A stretch of 61,755 nt of DNA, counting the filler, from Sphacelaria rigidula (lineage: Eukaryota): NCBI GenBank assembly GCA_964200075.2. It is 9 parts of 9 records of this genome, joined end to end, with 100 filler letters (N's around TTAATTAATTAA, not from the genome) between each part and the next. Parts side by side here need not be neighbours in the genome. Positions count along the whole stretch, not along the records: positions 20,621 to 27,393 come from CAXNAA020018150.1; positions 27,494 to 34,266 come from CAXNAA020018151.1; positions 34,367 to 41,139 come from CAXNAA020018152.1; 6 more parts are not named here. One strand, 5' to 3'. Shown here piece after piece: positions 25,216-37,300 of the stretch. The position numbers and the translations under genes were made by a program. The notes beneath the pieces are model-generated. The model made no database searches. It worked only from the letters and a program-made list of their open reading frames with translations, and was not told the DNA's origin. Numbering within the stretch: position 1 is the stretch's first letter; every line of letters begins with the position of its first letter.

Positions 25216-26011
25216 GATTCGATGCAGATAACACCACAGCCACTCGAATGGTGACGGCGGGCATTTGGACGTGATGCTGGGGTCGTGCTAAAAAACCCAT
25301 TTCAGGGGAATATATATTTTGAGGAAGCGATAACTTTTCTGATTGGTTGAAACTCACCGCACTATTTTTGAAGAAAGGATGAAGTATATAATGAATTGCA
25401 CGAAGTGGAGCTAGGAACGCAAGAGTGCCAGTGCTTAGAGTCTGGACATTTAGACCACCCAACTGGCGGACGGAACATCGAGCGCGTGATAGTGCGCTGA
25501 CTACGGGTGAAGCGAAGCATCCACGCCCCCACTGATGGAGAACAGGCAGTGAGGTTCCTGCTATTTTCGGGGGTAACGCATAGTCAGACAGCTTTGAGTG
25601 CGAGCCCTGTACAACCTCCGGGTGAAGTTCAAATTGGTGCACGATCACTACTGTGCGGTGAGGACTTACTCCGTTTCCCCGCCCACCCACCCGATGTTTT
25701 TGAGACGGATGTCATTGGAATACAATGGAGAAAGGCATTCCGCAGCCGCGCGAGATATTGAAACTGCCACACAGATGATCTAATCAATAATAATATTTCA
25801 CGACGAAGCACAAGGAGAGCAGGATGCTGTTCGATACGCGCATTATTATAATGAGGTACTGCTAAGTCACGGCATACCGCACAACTCACTCGACGGAAAG
25901 AGGTACCGCTGAGTTACACCACGTACCTCATCTAGTAGAAATGAGTACCCCTGATATGTACCATGTAACTCAGCCAGTGGAAATAGGTACCGCTAAAATA
26001 TGCCGCACAAC

Positions 26012-26490
26012 CCAGGCCGCTCCTTACAGCAAACAAACAAAAAAATCTTGTAAAAATGCTTTTTTGGTCCTTCTTCGTCATTTTACGCCCTAAAAGAGAG
26101 CTGGGCGGAGTTTGACGCCTTGGGATGACTTGCTCTACTCGTTGAGACGATTCTCGGGCATCTTCGCGTTGTCTGGTTGCCGCAGTTTTTACTTTGGCTC
26201 AACTTTAATTTTCATCCAAGAACGATCAAGAACGGTCAAATGTAGAAAAAAATGTCATTTTTCTCTCGACTTGACCGTCTCTGGACAAAAATGCTTGTTT
26301 GACCAAAATAACGACTGCGACCACCGGAAAACGGGAAGATGTCCTGGAATTGCCCCGCCTCAGCGAATAGAGCAAGTACTTCCAAGGTGTCAAACTCCGC
26401 CTAGCTCTCTTGTCGGGCGTAAAACGACGAAGGAGGACGAAAAACGCATTTTTACAAGACCTTTTTTTTGTTTGCCCAGGAGCGACCTCA
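26012..26490. mobile_element. Foldback/MITE with ~190-bp imperfect terminal inverted repeats
   Basis: TCTTGTAAAAATGC...TTTTACGCCC...GAGAGCTGGGCGGAGTTTGAC is mirrored by GTCAAACTCCGCCTAGCTCTC...GGGCGTAAAA...GCATTTTTACAAGA. Confidence 0.85.
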
Positions 26491-27999
26491 GCGCTCAGTT
26501 ATGAAAAAATGGTTCGCCTCGACTCAACCTCGACTCAGGCCGTGTCTTATCCAAAAAATTTCGACTCGAACGAGTTCGTGCGGCGGAACTGATTCAGTCC
26601 GCTTTGCTATGTTTGAGTCCGAGCGAATTTGCACGCTCTGAATCGAAAAGGCTAAGCGAAATTCGTGAAGCGGTACTTCTTTACTTATACTCAATGTACA
26701 GTACAGTACAGAATGTACAACAACAGTGGCGGCCTGTACTATTGTCTAGATAGTGTGTGTGTATGTTTCGCACAGCATGCAGGCGCTATGTGCAAAAGAA
26801 GCGGGCAATGCCACATACAGACATCACAGCCTATTGACTCTCTGCATACAGGAGGATGCGAAGCAGATCTGAACCACGTGCAGTTTTGCACCGCCTCTAC
26901 TGTCCATGAGCGCGTTGGCAATTCGATCGCTCACCCCAACACGCAACTCCGTCGGTGGACCCTGCCACAAAATTAGATGCCCAAGTCTTCGCCAACAAAA
27001 AAGAAACACATCATGCCAAAATAGTGGTGGTGTCGGTTTCCCATCAGCGTAGTGTATGTATCCCTGTGCTCAGTTCGTGATTTATGCCGCAGGGTTGAAT
27101 AGGTGGCTGCGAATGAACCATTTGGGGTTTGCGTAGTTCTGTGAAACGGTGGTATCTGGCACGGTTGTCTGCAACATAGAAGTTACGTGCCCCTTCGTTC
27201 ATTCCGCCGCTCGTTTCGCTCGAAAAAGCGGCACAATGCCCGTACATGGGGATGGGTTTTTGTAGTGAAATGTGAAATTCAACCAATCAGCGGCCCTTCA
27301 GCGAGGAATCGGTGGAATCTACGAGCTGGGCCAGCCTAGAGGCTGCATGAACGTTTGCAGGCGGATGCGCCGGCCAATATTTGAAGTTAGACCNNNNNNN
27401 NNNNNNNNNNNNNNNNNNNNNNNNNNNNNNNNNNNNNTTAATTAATTAANNNNNNNNNNNNNNNNNNNNNNNNNNNNNNNNNNNNNNNNNNNNACAACCC
27501 CGGATTCAACATCACAGACATGACCCATTGTACGAAACAGACTCCAGAAATAGCAGGGCAGTTGAGCACACGACAACCGCAACGTGGCGTTTCTCCGGCT
27601 TCGCCGCCACGATCTGTGGATCGACAGCCAAGGTACATGAGCACCGGTGATAGCTGTGTGCGTTGTGTAAGCTCATGGACTGAGCACGGTAGCAAATCTG
27701 GATCGTAGACACTTTTGTTGAGTGAAATTGATGCCACTTCAACAGATTGCCTAATTTTCGCCGTCAAATGGCTGATGGAAAACGGCGGGAAAAGATTGTC
27801 GTGTCTTCTGACTGTTTCATGAGCATGATGCCGGTTCGATTTTCAAACAAAACTTTTTGTTTGTTTCGTTTTCAGCCCCAAGAGCAACATGGATGATGAG
27901 CATGTACGAAGGCTCAAAAGAACGCATCACAATCAAAAGTGAACCTGAGGAACTAACCGCCCCCGCAAACCAAGAACCCATATAGTGGCAACGAATTTG

Positions 28000-28215
28000 C
28001 CCATTTGACCGCCATGATAGGTCATCTGTTGTTGACCCTTCGAGCGCGAGGTTATAGTCTTCTGTTGAATGGGCATCAATTTCGAGTGGAAAAAAAGTAT
28101 GCATGATCCAGAAAGACTAATCTCGCGGTCTAAGGGTTAAATCGGCATCAGTTACTTGGACTTCACAAACTACAGCGTGGTCGAGATGACCTACCCTACC
28201 GGTCAAAGGCTTAAC
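28000..28215. mobile_element. Nested pair of ~100-bp TTAA-type MITEs
   Basis: Inner element ~28035-28136 ending CGCGGTCTAAGGG-TTAA splits the GGTCATCTGTTG|AATCGGCATC core of an outer related element. Confidence 0.7.
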
Positions 28216-28504
28216 CCTTTTGTGACGGGATCTCCAGAAGCATGTGATGTGCACGCAGGGGCCTTTGTGTATGAATCGACATAATTTTGAATCGTTTCCA
28301 ACTAAAAATATTGCCGATTCATGGAAACGCCCCTGCGTGCAAACCACATGTGTCTAGGATTCCGGTCCCAAAAGGGTTCAAACAGTACAAATGAAGTGAA
28401 GTCGAGACCATGATGATGCGATATCCATGCTGATACAGTAGGTGTGTGCCTTACGTGTAACACAGAAGGGAGGTAGGTCAACACAGGAAATTCTGTGGCG
28501 GTCA

Positions 28505-29023
28505 CCTTACTTTTTCATCGCGAGAGGGGTTCAGCGGTCCCCTTCGCTCGTCGACCATTAAACCGAATTATGTCTACTCACGACAAACTGAAACTGAATA
28601 TTTTCGTGAGATTGAGAATAGAAGATACCATTGAAAGTGGAGAGCGGTCAATTCGTCAATGAATCGTTTCAGTTCCGGGATGCCCCTCCACGAGGCTCAA
28701 GATGCTCTCTGTACTGTAGGAGCTTGCCACGGAGACCCTTGATACCCCTGAGCAAGATATCGACGTGTAGCTGTATGCACACGTCAGTGCCAGAGGCGAA
28801 GAAAAGCAGGCATGGAATGAAAAACTGGCTTCGTTGAAACGTATAGTCAAAGCCACTCTCAATCAGCGCTCTACTCTCAATGTCTCGAGAACATTGTAGT
28901 CGCCGTCCACTGTTGAACATGGTGTGAGATAAAATTCCAGATCGTGTGACTGCACTGAGGTTCGAACCGACGACCCAACCGCCATAAGGTTTGGGGGTTA
29001 CCAACTGAGCCACCAGAGCGACC
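28505..29023 (-). mobile_element. SINE family 2 with tRNA head, interrupted by a MITE
   Basis: A box TGGCTCAGTTGG (29012-29001) and B box GGTTCGAACC (28968-28959). The body continues past the MITE to 28505 and is collinear with 32650-32810. Confidence 0.78.
28596..28896. mobile_element. ~300-bp MITE with TIR CAATGTTTTCGTGAGATTGAGAGTAGAG (copies/ends at 30850-31110, 31550-31712, 41240-41300, 49972-50060)
   Basis: TTTTCGTGAGATTGAGAATAGA at left and CTCTACTCTCAATGTCTCGAGAACATTG-TA at right. The internal sequence matches 30850-31110 in reverse. Confidence 0.8.
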
Positions 29024-29259
29024 GTCTACCGACTAAAACATGAGAAATAGAAGCCGGCACCTCATGACGAAAAAACACATGTATGGCAGAGCAAAAGAAG
29101 CAGCATAGACAGGAGAAGGGAACGACATGCGGGCAAGATCACAACATGCTTCCGGTGTGCGCTGAGGTTGAACGGAGAGTCGCTCCGCGATACAATTTTC
29201 AAGTGACCTGTATACGGTAAGAGGTGGCATCTCTGACGGTCAAAGGGTCACAAAGAGAC

Positions 29260-29640
29260 CCCGTTTCACCGTATTCTAAAAGCAAGTGAAAAAATTCACC
29301 TGTCTCAGAGCCTCTGGTTACTTACCGCCATGGCGAGGAAAGAAGGCGGAAAACACCATGCAGAGCACTGCCGTGGGAGCGATGCTCCCGAAACCTCCTG
29401 AAGGAGAACCATGAAATGCTGCTTTGTCGGAGCTTGAGAAAACGAAATGAACCCGTTCGCTGTTCTCTAAAATCAAGTAAGAGCAAATTCTCGCCTCTCT
29501 GAGCTTCTGAGAACGACCGAATGACACCGTATCGCCGTACTCTGAAATCAAGTGTGAGCAAATGCTGGCCTCTCAGACCTTGTGGGAAAGCCGTTCAGCC
29601 GTACTCTAAAACCAAGTGAAGAAGTGCACCTGCATCCAAG
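29260..29640. repeat. Degenerate direct subrepeats (~65-75 bp)
   Basis: CCGTA(C/T)TCT(A/G)AAA..AAGTG.. recurs at ~29270, 29460, 29535 and 29600. Confidence 0.6.
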
Positions 29641-31676
29641 GCTCTTCAACGGCGAAAAAGATAAATGAAGTGATTGCTACAAGGTTTTAGGCGCTTCGCG
29701 CCCCCGCTCAATGACGCGTTACCCAAGGCAAAGGATGATGTGGAGTGTTGCAACCGACATCAGCCGTCGCCCACATACAGGAGTGCTTAGAGGCGAAGAT
29801 AAGATCCAGAGATAACTCGTTCTCTTCTTTTTGCCTCTTTGGACTTTCAAACATCGTCGACGACGATTAAACCTGACCAAAAAGAGCCGGAAGAAGGCAG
29901 AAGACACTGGTCCTGCACATCTAAAAAAGAACCGTGAAGCTCCACCTATTCTCTGTCCGAGAAATCCAGGCGAAATGAAAGTATTCAACCTTCAAAAAAC
30001 GACAATCCCTGAACGAGAATCAAGAATCGGAACAAGGCAGAAGACACTGATCGTACAGAACTAAAGAATAATCGTCATTCTCCACCCATCCTCCGCGTCT
30101 CAGATATCTGCCCAAATGAACTCATTTCAACCTTCGAACATATACAAAACTCGACCGAAAGTAAAGAATCTTAGCGACGCAGGAGACACTGATCCTGCAG
30201 AAGCAAGAACTATGAAGGAATATGACAGCATCGACAGTATGTTGAGACAACGTGTTAGATCATCTTTTATGGCGACGGATCTCGATTTTTTGACCGGGCC
30301 GCAAATTCGTGAACTCACAATCGGGGGGGGGGACCGTTCTATGGTACAGACGGTATCATAAATTTGTGACAAAGTTCTGTACACAGACGGCCATTTTCTG
30401 CACGAGTGTGGTACTGCGTACTTGTGCATGAAGCCGAAGAGCAGGCAGGGGGGGAATAATCCTTCGAGAACAGTGCCGTACCTTGGTTCCCTAGGGTAAT
30501 ACAGTGCACAATCATGCCGTGTGGTATAGTGCACAACTATGCCGTGTGGTATAGTGCATGATGGCGGCACAGTCGGTATCGCGGGAAAAGTAAACAATCA
30601 GATATGTGCGCGAGAAGAGTTCAGCAGTGCAGTGCCATACACCACCCCTCAAGTACAGCGACAACAGACGAGGAAAATACAGTACCTTTTGTTATAATAG
30701 TAATACATGTGGGAGCGCAGCGCAGCATCAGATATTACCATCGCCGCAGGGTACGGCGTCAGCACTCATTATTCGTTTGTCAAACCCCGTGCAAAGCTGC
30801 TTCAGCAGCTGGTGCGGGCAGGCACGCCCTGCGCTGCCACGAGAAACACCGGTTTCGTGAGATTGAGAGTAGAGCGCTGACTGAGAGTGACTTTGATTAT
30901 TCGCTGTATCTTACTTGCTATTTCATTCCGAGTATGCTTCTCTTTGCCTCTTTCATTGGCGTGTGCTTACAGATACACGTCGATATCCTACTCAGGGATA
31001 TCAAAGGTCTCCGTGGCAAGCGAACACAGTAGATAGATTGGACCTCATAGAGGAGCATTTCGGAACTGAAACAATTCATTCACTGATTGCCCGCTTTTCA
31101 CTCTCAGGCCGGATGTTATGCCAAACAGAATTTTGGCCCACGGATTGTTCACTTTTGGTACATTTGAGTCACTTTTTGACCCCCAAACAGGGAAAATCGC
31201 CAACACACGTCTTGGACACTTTGCATCACCCCACAGAGAGGAGCCCAGTCTACTTTTCAGATTCCCTTGGCTCCGAGGTTTCGAGTTGGCCGCTCAACAA
31301 AAATTCGTGCGCAATACTCTATGCTTGCCGACCCCCGCCAGTTTGAAAAAAAATGAAAGATTGGTGACTGCCATAAAAAAATGTTGATTGATTATCTCAC
31401 ATTAGATTAGCTGATTGCAACAATCTAGCCCGTGGTCAGGAGCAGCAAAAAAAGAACAGAGTGATGAAAGAAAAAAGAAGGGAAGAAACAGAAAAAGACA
31501 AAAGCAACGACCTCAGAAAGGAAAAAAGAAAGGAAGCAGCGATGGTCTAAAACCCTTGGTATCCCTCAGTAGGATATCGACGTCTAACTGTAAGCACACG
31601 CCAGTGATGTAGGCAAAGAAAAGTAAACGTGGAATGAATAATTGGCAAACTTGAAGCGAATAATAGAACCCACTCT

Positions 31677-32232
31677 CAATCAACGCCCTACTCTCAATCT
31701 CACGAAACCATTCATTGCTGCTACCTGCCGCTCACACACGATTGTGAGGTAAAAGGTCCCAAGAGGATTAACCCTTAGACCGCGAGGAGGGTAGTCCATC
31801 TGGATCACGCTTACTTTTTCAAGTGGAATTGATGCCGGTTTGAACAGGTGACCTATACTCTTACTTTGGACCGCAATCAAAGCCCTACTCTCAATCTCAC
31901 GAAACCATTGCTACCTGCCGCTAACACGCGATTGCGAGGTAGACGGTCCCACAAGGGTAAAGAGGAGGGTAGTCCATCTGGATCACGCATACGTTTTCAA
32001 GTGGAATTGATACCGATTCAACAGGTGACCTACTCTTGCCTTGGACCGCAATCAACGCCCTACTCTCAATCTCACGAAAACATTTGTTACCTGCCGCTAA
32101 CAAACGATTGTTGTGAGGTAAACGGTCCCAAGAGGGTCAACCCTTAGACCGCGAGGAGGATAGTCCATCTGGATCACGCATACGTTTTCAAGTGGAATTG
32201 ATGCCGATTCAAATTGTGACCTACTCTTGCCC
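31677..32232. repeat. Tandem triplication of a composite unit (MITE end + spacer + TTAA MITE)
   Basis: CAATCAA(C/A)GCCCTACTCTCAATCTCACGAAA..GCTACCTGCCGCT...GGTAGTCCATCTGGATCACGC repeats at ~31677, 31874 and 32049. Confidence 0.85.
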
Positions 32233-32234
32233 TT

Positions 32235-33435
32235 TAAGGATCAACCCTTAGACCGCGAGGGTAGGTCACCTGCTGAATCGGCATCACTTGAAAAAAGTAT
32301 GCATGATCCGGATGGACTACCCGCACTGCGGTCTGAGGGTACACTTGGACCGCGATGCGGGTAGTCCACCTGGATCACGCATACTTTTTCAAGTAAAATT
32401 GGTGCTGATTCAGCATATGACCTACCCTCGCGGTCAAAGGATCACGGTGCGGGTAGTCCATCTCCATCATGCAATATTTTTTCAAGTGAATATTGATGCC
32501 GATTCAGCAGGTGATCTATTCTCGCCATGTAAGGGTCAAGGACTACACCAGCATCGACACTGTGCGTGTGTGCGTCACACAGGAGAAAGGACAACACAGG
32601 AGGTTTTTCTTGTTTATTTGTCATAGTTGACCTTCCTTCTGCGGTGCTTACCTTTTATTTTTCATGGCGAGAGGGGTTCAGCAGTCCCTTTCCCTCGTCG
32701 ATCGTTAAGTCAAGTTTTGTGTACCCACGACATCGTCTCTCTCCACTGTTGGGCATTGTGTGAGAAAAAATTCGAGATCGCCTCGAGATTTGAACCCACG
32801 ACCCAGTGGAAGGCAATGGCACGCTGACTCTTTCTTGCCGTTGTATCCAGCGGAGACATACCGCACGCATACTGACTCTGTACGCTCTTGACTGCTCGGT
32901 CAAACGGGTCAGGAGTTCCCCGGTACCATATTCTGTATAGATGCCCAGCATCCACATGGTTATGAGAAAGTGCGATTTTGTGTAACGAGAAAAGAGCTGT
33001 TCTGAACCCCAGATGTGGTATAGTCCATCTCAGTCTAATTGCGGGATATCTGAGGGTTAACCCTTTACCCTTAGACCGCGAGATTAGTCTTCCTGGATCA
33101 TGCATAATTTTTTTCACTTGAAATTGATGCCGGTTCAACAGAAGACTAACCTCGCGGTCTAAGGGATAAACCGCGAGGGTAGTCCACCTGAATCATCTAT
33201 ACTTTTTCCAAGTGAAATTGATGCCGATTCAACAGTTGGCCTACTCTCGCCGTCTAAGGGTTAACCCAAAGACCGCGAGAGCAGGTCATCTGTTGAATCG
33301 GCATCAATTTCACCTCAAAAAAGTATGTGTAGTCTAGATGGACTACGTTCGCGGCCTAGGGGTTAACCCTCACACCGCGATGGGAGTCCATCTGAATTAT
33401 GCATTATTGTTTCGAGTAAAAATGATGCCGACTCA
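32235..33435. mobile_element. Cluster of ~100-bp piggyBac-like MITEs (TTAA-CCC...GGG-TTAA) in both orientations
   Basis: TIR CCCTTAGACCGCGAG / CTCGCGGTCTAAGGG. Copies are joined through shared TTAA at 33261 and 33363. Core motif AATTGATGCCGATTC. Confidence 0.82.
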
Positions 33436-33469
33436 ACAAATCGCGGTCTTCCGGGAAATCCCTCTAGCG

Positions 33470-34111
33470 CCGCAGGTGTTCATGCGCGGAATCGGCATCA
33501 TGTTTACTCGAAAAGGGCTGAAAATGATGCCGATTCCACGAATAAATGAACACCTATACTGGGTCGAAGGTTTGTATCCACGCCGTAGAACAAAGCACTC
33601 AATGTCTACGGAGCGATATAACACCCTCGCTGCCCGTGTGTTCGAGGTCTGCCTTTCTCGGGGCACGACTGGGGTTAGTGTTGAAGTGCATTGGGGTCAG
33701 TCTGTCAAGAATGCAGATATTGAGAATAAAGCCTTGTACCGCCGGCGGTGTCCATTTGTTGACGGCATCAATTAATTAACTAGTGAAATCGGCATCATTT
33801 TCAACAAAGTGCCGGAGGTTAATGTGGGATCGGCATCATTTTTACTCGGGAAGGGCCTGAAAATGATGCCGATGCTACCACTGAATGAATACTTCACTGG
33901 GTCGGAGGGTTCGTATCTACGCTGTCGGACGAAGCACTATCTGCCTATGGAGCAATAGAGCACCCTCGCTGCGCGAGTGAGTGTTCGAGGTCTGCATTTC
34001 TCGGGACGCGGCTGGGTTAGTGTTGAAGTGCAGTTGGTTCAGTCAATAAAAGACGCGGATATTGTGAAGAAAGGTGCTGATACGAAGTAAAGCTTGGACC
34101 GCCGGAGGTGT
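33470..34111. repeat. Two diverged ~340-bp direct repeats carrying inverted ATCGGCATCA/TGATGCCGAT pairs
   Basis: 33475-33755 aligns with 33815-34111 (CTGGGTCG(A/G)AGG.., CACCCTCGCTGC, GTTAGTGTTGAAGTGCA). Related sequence at 56220-56390. Confidence 0.8.
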
Positions 34112-34203
34112 TGTGACGGTTTAAGAGATAACCAACTAGACTACTGACGAGTCAGCGCTGACTGAGGTCGGTAGTCTAGTTGGTTTTATCTTAAACCGTC
34201 ACA
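34112..34203. repeat. 92-bp near-perfect palindrome bounded by TG...CA
   Basis: TGTGACGGTTTAAGA..AACCAACTAGACTAC..GTCAGC|GCTGAC..GTAGTCTAGTTGGTT..TCTTAAACCGTCACA. Confidence 0.92.
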
Positions 34204-34366
34204 AAAGTTAGTCGTGGGAGTTTGATACCCGTCACTTTCACTCCGAGGAGGGCGACTCACAATATCNNNNNNNNNNNNNNNNNNNNNNNNNNNNNNNNNN
34301 NNNNNNNNNNTTAATTAATTAANNNNNNNNNNNNNNNNNNNNNNNNNNNNNNNNNNNNNNNNNNNN

Positions 34367-37300
34367 CGCTGTATGACCAGTTTTTTCGTGACCCTTTCAG
34401 CTGGTTTTTGGGGGGGGCTATCGTAAAAAGTATCACGGACTCTAACTGAACGCCTCGCTGCGTTCGACCAGATGCACGACTTCATTCGACGTGATGAACA
34501 TCGTTTGCGTCAATGCACCACGGCCACGGAGACTGCCACCACGGCTCTACGCTTTCTAGATTAGGAGCAATACCTTCCTCTTCTGAGGACCACGCCGAGC
34601 GAGCCAGCGCCTGCACCTTGTGCCGTCATTTCTGACTCGGCGGAAGCACGCCAGCCCTCGCGCCCACACACTGCTGCTGCGGCACCTACCGCCTCGCCTG
34701 CGCGCACCCCGCCATCGCCACCGCAGGACCTTCAGGCCTCGGCGTCCCCTGCCCTCACACCTTGGCTCCGCCTTCAGGGTAGCGAACGTTCTTGGCTTTC
34801 TTGGACGCTACGCCAACTGTCAGGAAAGTACAACCGCAACAACGTTCTCCGCGCCTCCGAGGAGGCTTGGCGCTCGCTTACTCTGCCGATCAACAGCGTG
34901 ATCGTCCTTTTCCTTCAGCAAGGGGGACATCTGCCGCACAACGACCCGGGAGCTCTCAACATTGAACGAATTGTACTCTACCTTACGATTGTTACCGGGG
35001 ACAGTCGCCCCGCTTATGAGATCGCCGTCGCCGCCCTCTTCGCTGCTATGCGTGCAGCTCATAACACGCTGTCGCCCGACGATGATGGGGCCTGGACCAC
35101 ACCCTACCCCCCTCGTCACCGTCGTGATGATGACGACTCTGACGACGACCCTCCCGGGGCCGCACCACGCCGTGGTCAAGGGACCCACCGCAACAACAAC
35201 AACGGTCGACGCACAACCCGGGGCAGCCACAAACGGTCTGGTAATCAGTCTTCAAGTTCATCAACTGCCAGGCCCCGCCAACACGCCTCAACGCGATCCG
35301 TACGGCCCTCACCGGCCGTCAGGCAAGTAACGCCCCCTTTGGCGGCTGCGTCTGCTCGCCTCCCAGGTCTTATTGATAGTGATAGTGACAATTCGGCTCG
35401 CCCATTGTCTTCTACCCCGGCTCGGTCACTAGCTGCCGCCGCCGCCGCAGCCACACAACAAGCTGCCGCTGATAAAGCCGCTTCCGATACTCGTAAAGAA
35501 GCGTCTCGTGTCGCTGCAATCAAGCGTGAAAACTTACAGATGAATGTCAAGAAACTTTGGCATATCAAAATCATGCCTGCTGCAGACATTGAGGACTATG
35601 GTCAGTTTATATCCGCTCTCATTTCCTCAATGCGTCGAACTATGCGCGACATCCTTGAGTTGGCCGACGCAACTGGACAACAACGTTTCGAAGACTCCGA
35701 CTGGATTGATGAATGGCAAACCCCGTTACACAAGGCTTTGCATCGCTCAATCAGCCGTCGCTTCCCTGACGTCGCTGCTTCTTTGACGCAGATTCTCGAC
35801 TCCTTCTTCGACGCAATGGATCAAGATTGTGCTGGCGGGCAAACAGCGCCGCTACGATTCGGCAATTTGGAAAGGCGCATCGTAAGTTATTTTGATACGT
35901 CTGATCAGACTGGCGCCATCAAGCGCCTCAGTTCCTTCGCCGAGGCAATAGACGTGCCCTTTGCTGACTGCCTACGCGAATTCAAGCTAGTGGTGTCTAG
36001 TGTAACTGGTACTGGCCGACAGAATGGCCCTAGTGATGCTATGTGTCAGACATATGTTCGCAATAGTATCGCTCAGCAATTTCCGACGCTGATGCCGTCT
36101 CTGTTTCCGGGCGCTTTGGCGCACAAAGAGGTGTCTTACGCCTCCGTAGATGCGATGTGGACTGCGTTTGTAGATCAAGAACATAATTTAACGCCTGCCA
36201 TTCGTGGCACACAGTGTTCTTCTGGGTCTTCGCAGACCTTGCGTGCCGCATCCACGAGTATCTCCGGGTCTCGTGGACGCACTCACACTTTGTCCAGTAA
36301 TACTTGGACACCCAATTCTGTCGGTGGATCGGTCATGTCTGTTCATAACAAAGAAGACCCCTTCCGAGCAAGCTTCGACGCTTGGCCTTATTCGGCAGAC
36401 ACTTTTGATGACGTTTATGTCGTTTCCACAACTGCTTTCATCACCGATGATCCGCATTTGTGGACCCCCTTGCTTTCGCCTTCGGCTCGCAAGGATGCTT
36501 TTCGACGCCTTGCTAACACATGCATCAACTGCAATGGTACTGACCACAGTATGCGTGACTGCCCTGAACCTTGCATCAATACTTTTTCGCTCATGAACCC
36601 TGGACTTCAGAGCAACGGGCCGGCGTGGCGCCGATGGCAAAAACGCGTGCGCGAGTATCGTACACCGTCTCGCCACCATCGCCAGCCTTACCACAATCAT
36701 AACGACTTTCGCTCAAATCGCGACCGCCGCCACACCACCAACACCGTCTCAGGTACTCGCCATAGAGTTAGTTCTTTCCACCCTTCTCAGTCTTTGCATG
36801 GTCATCACCAGCGAACGGGGCCGACTGACGACAACTCAAACCCCAATGCCAGAACCCCCGGCTCTTTCATGACGGATCGCAACGACCCATGACACGCCGA
36901 CGACGGCGTGAAGTCTTCGGCGCCGTCGATAGCAGAATCGAAGACTCATCCAACACACACCGCCGCTTGGGTGAGAAAACGTTGTCACCCAAATGTTTCC
37001 ACATTATGTAGGAGATCTAATGACGGTCGTTCTTCTTGACCCCCGTCTTTATCTTCATACACACAGCGTAACCGTTGTGTTGACTCACCACCCAGCTCTA
37101 TGCTTGGCTCCAGACTTGGTCCCCTGGAACTAAGTAAAAATCTGAGGTGTGGGAAGACTGACCGCGGACCCTTGAGGCACACGCTTCCCTCAACGACCAC
37201 ACGCACCGGTTGTAGCAGACTTCCTTCGACTGGTTCTGGTGTTGATGGTTCGAAACTGACCACTTCAACCCCTTCGACTCCCACCCAGCCTGATCGCAGT

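Noticed and set aside
28955-29023. Functional tRNA genes (also ~22260-22330, 45275-45346)
   Set aside because: A/B boxes are present, but I could not build a convincing cloverleaf and each head is fused to a dispersed repeat body, so they are SINE heads.
29700-30361. Lys/Arg-rich ORFs as a host gene
   Set aside because: Short, frame-broken, with no recognisable motif or splice support.
31677-33435. CRISPR-like array
   Set aside because: Units are ~100-200-bp TIR elements in mixed orientation without unique spacers, and no cas genes are present.
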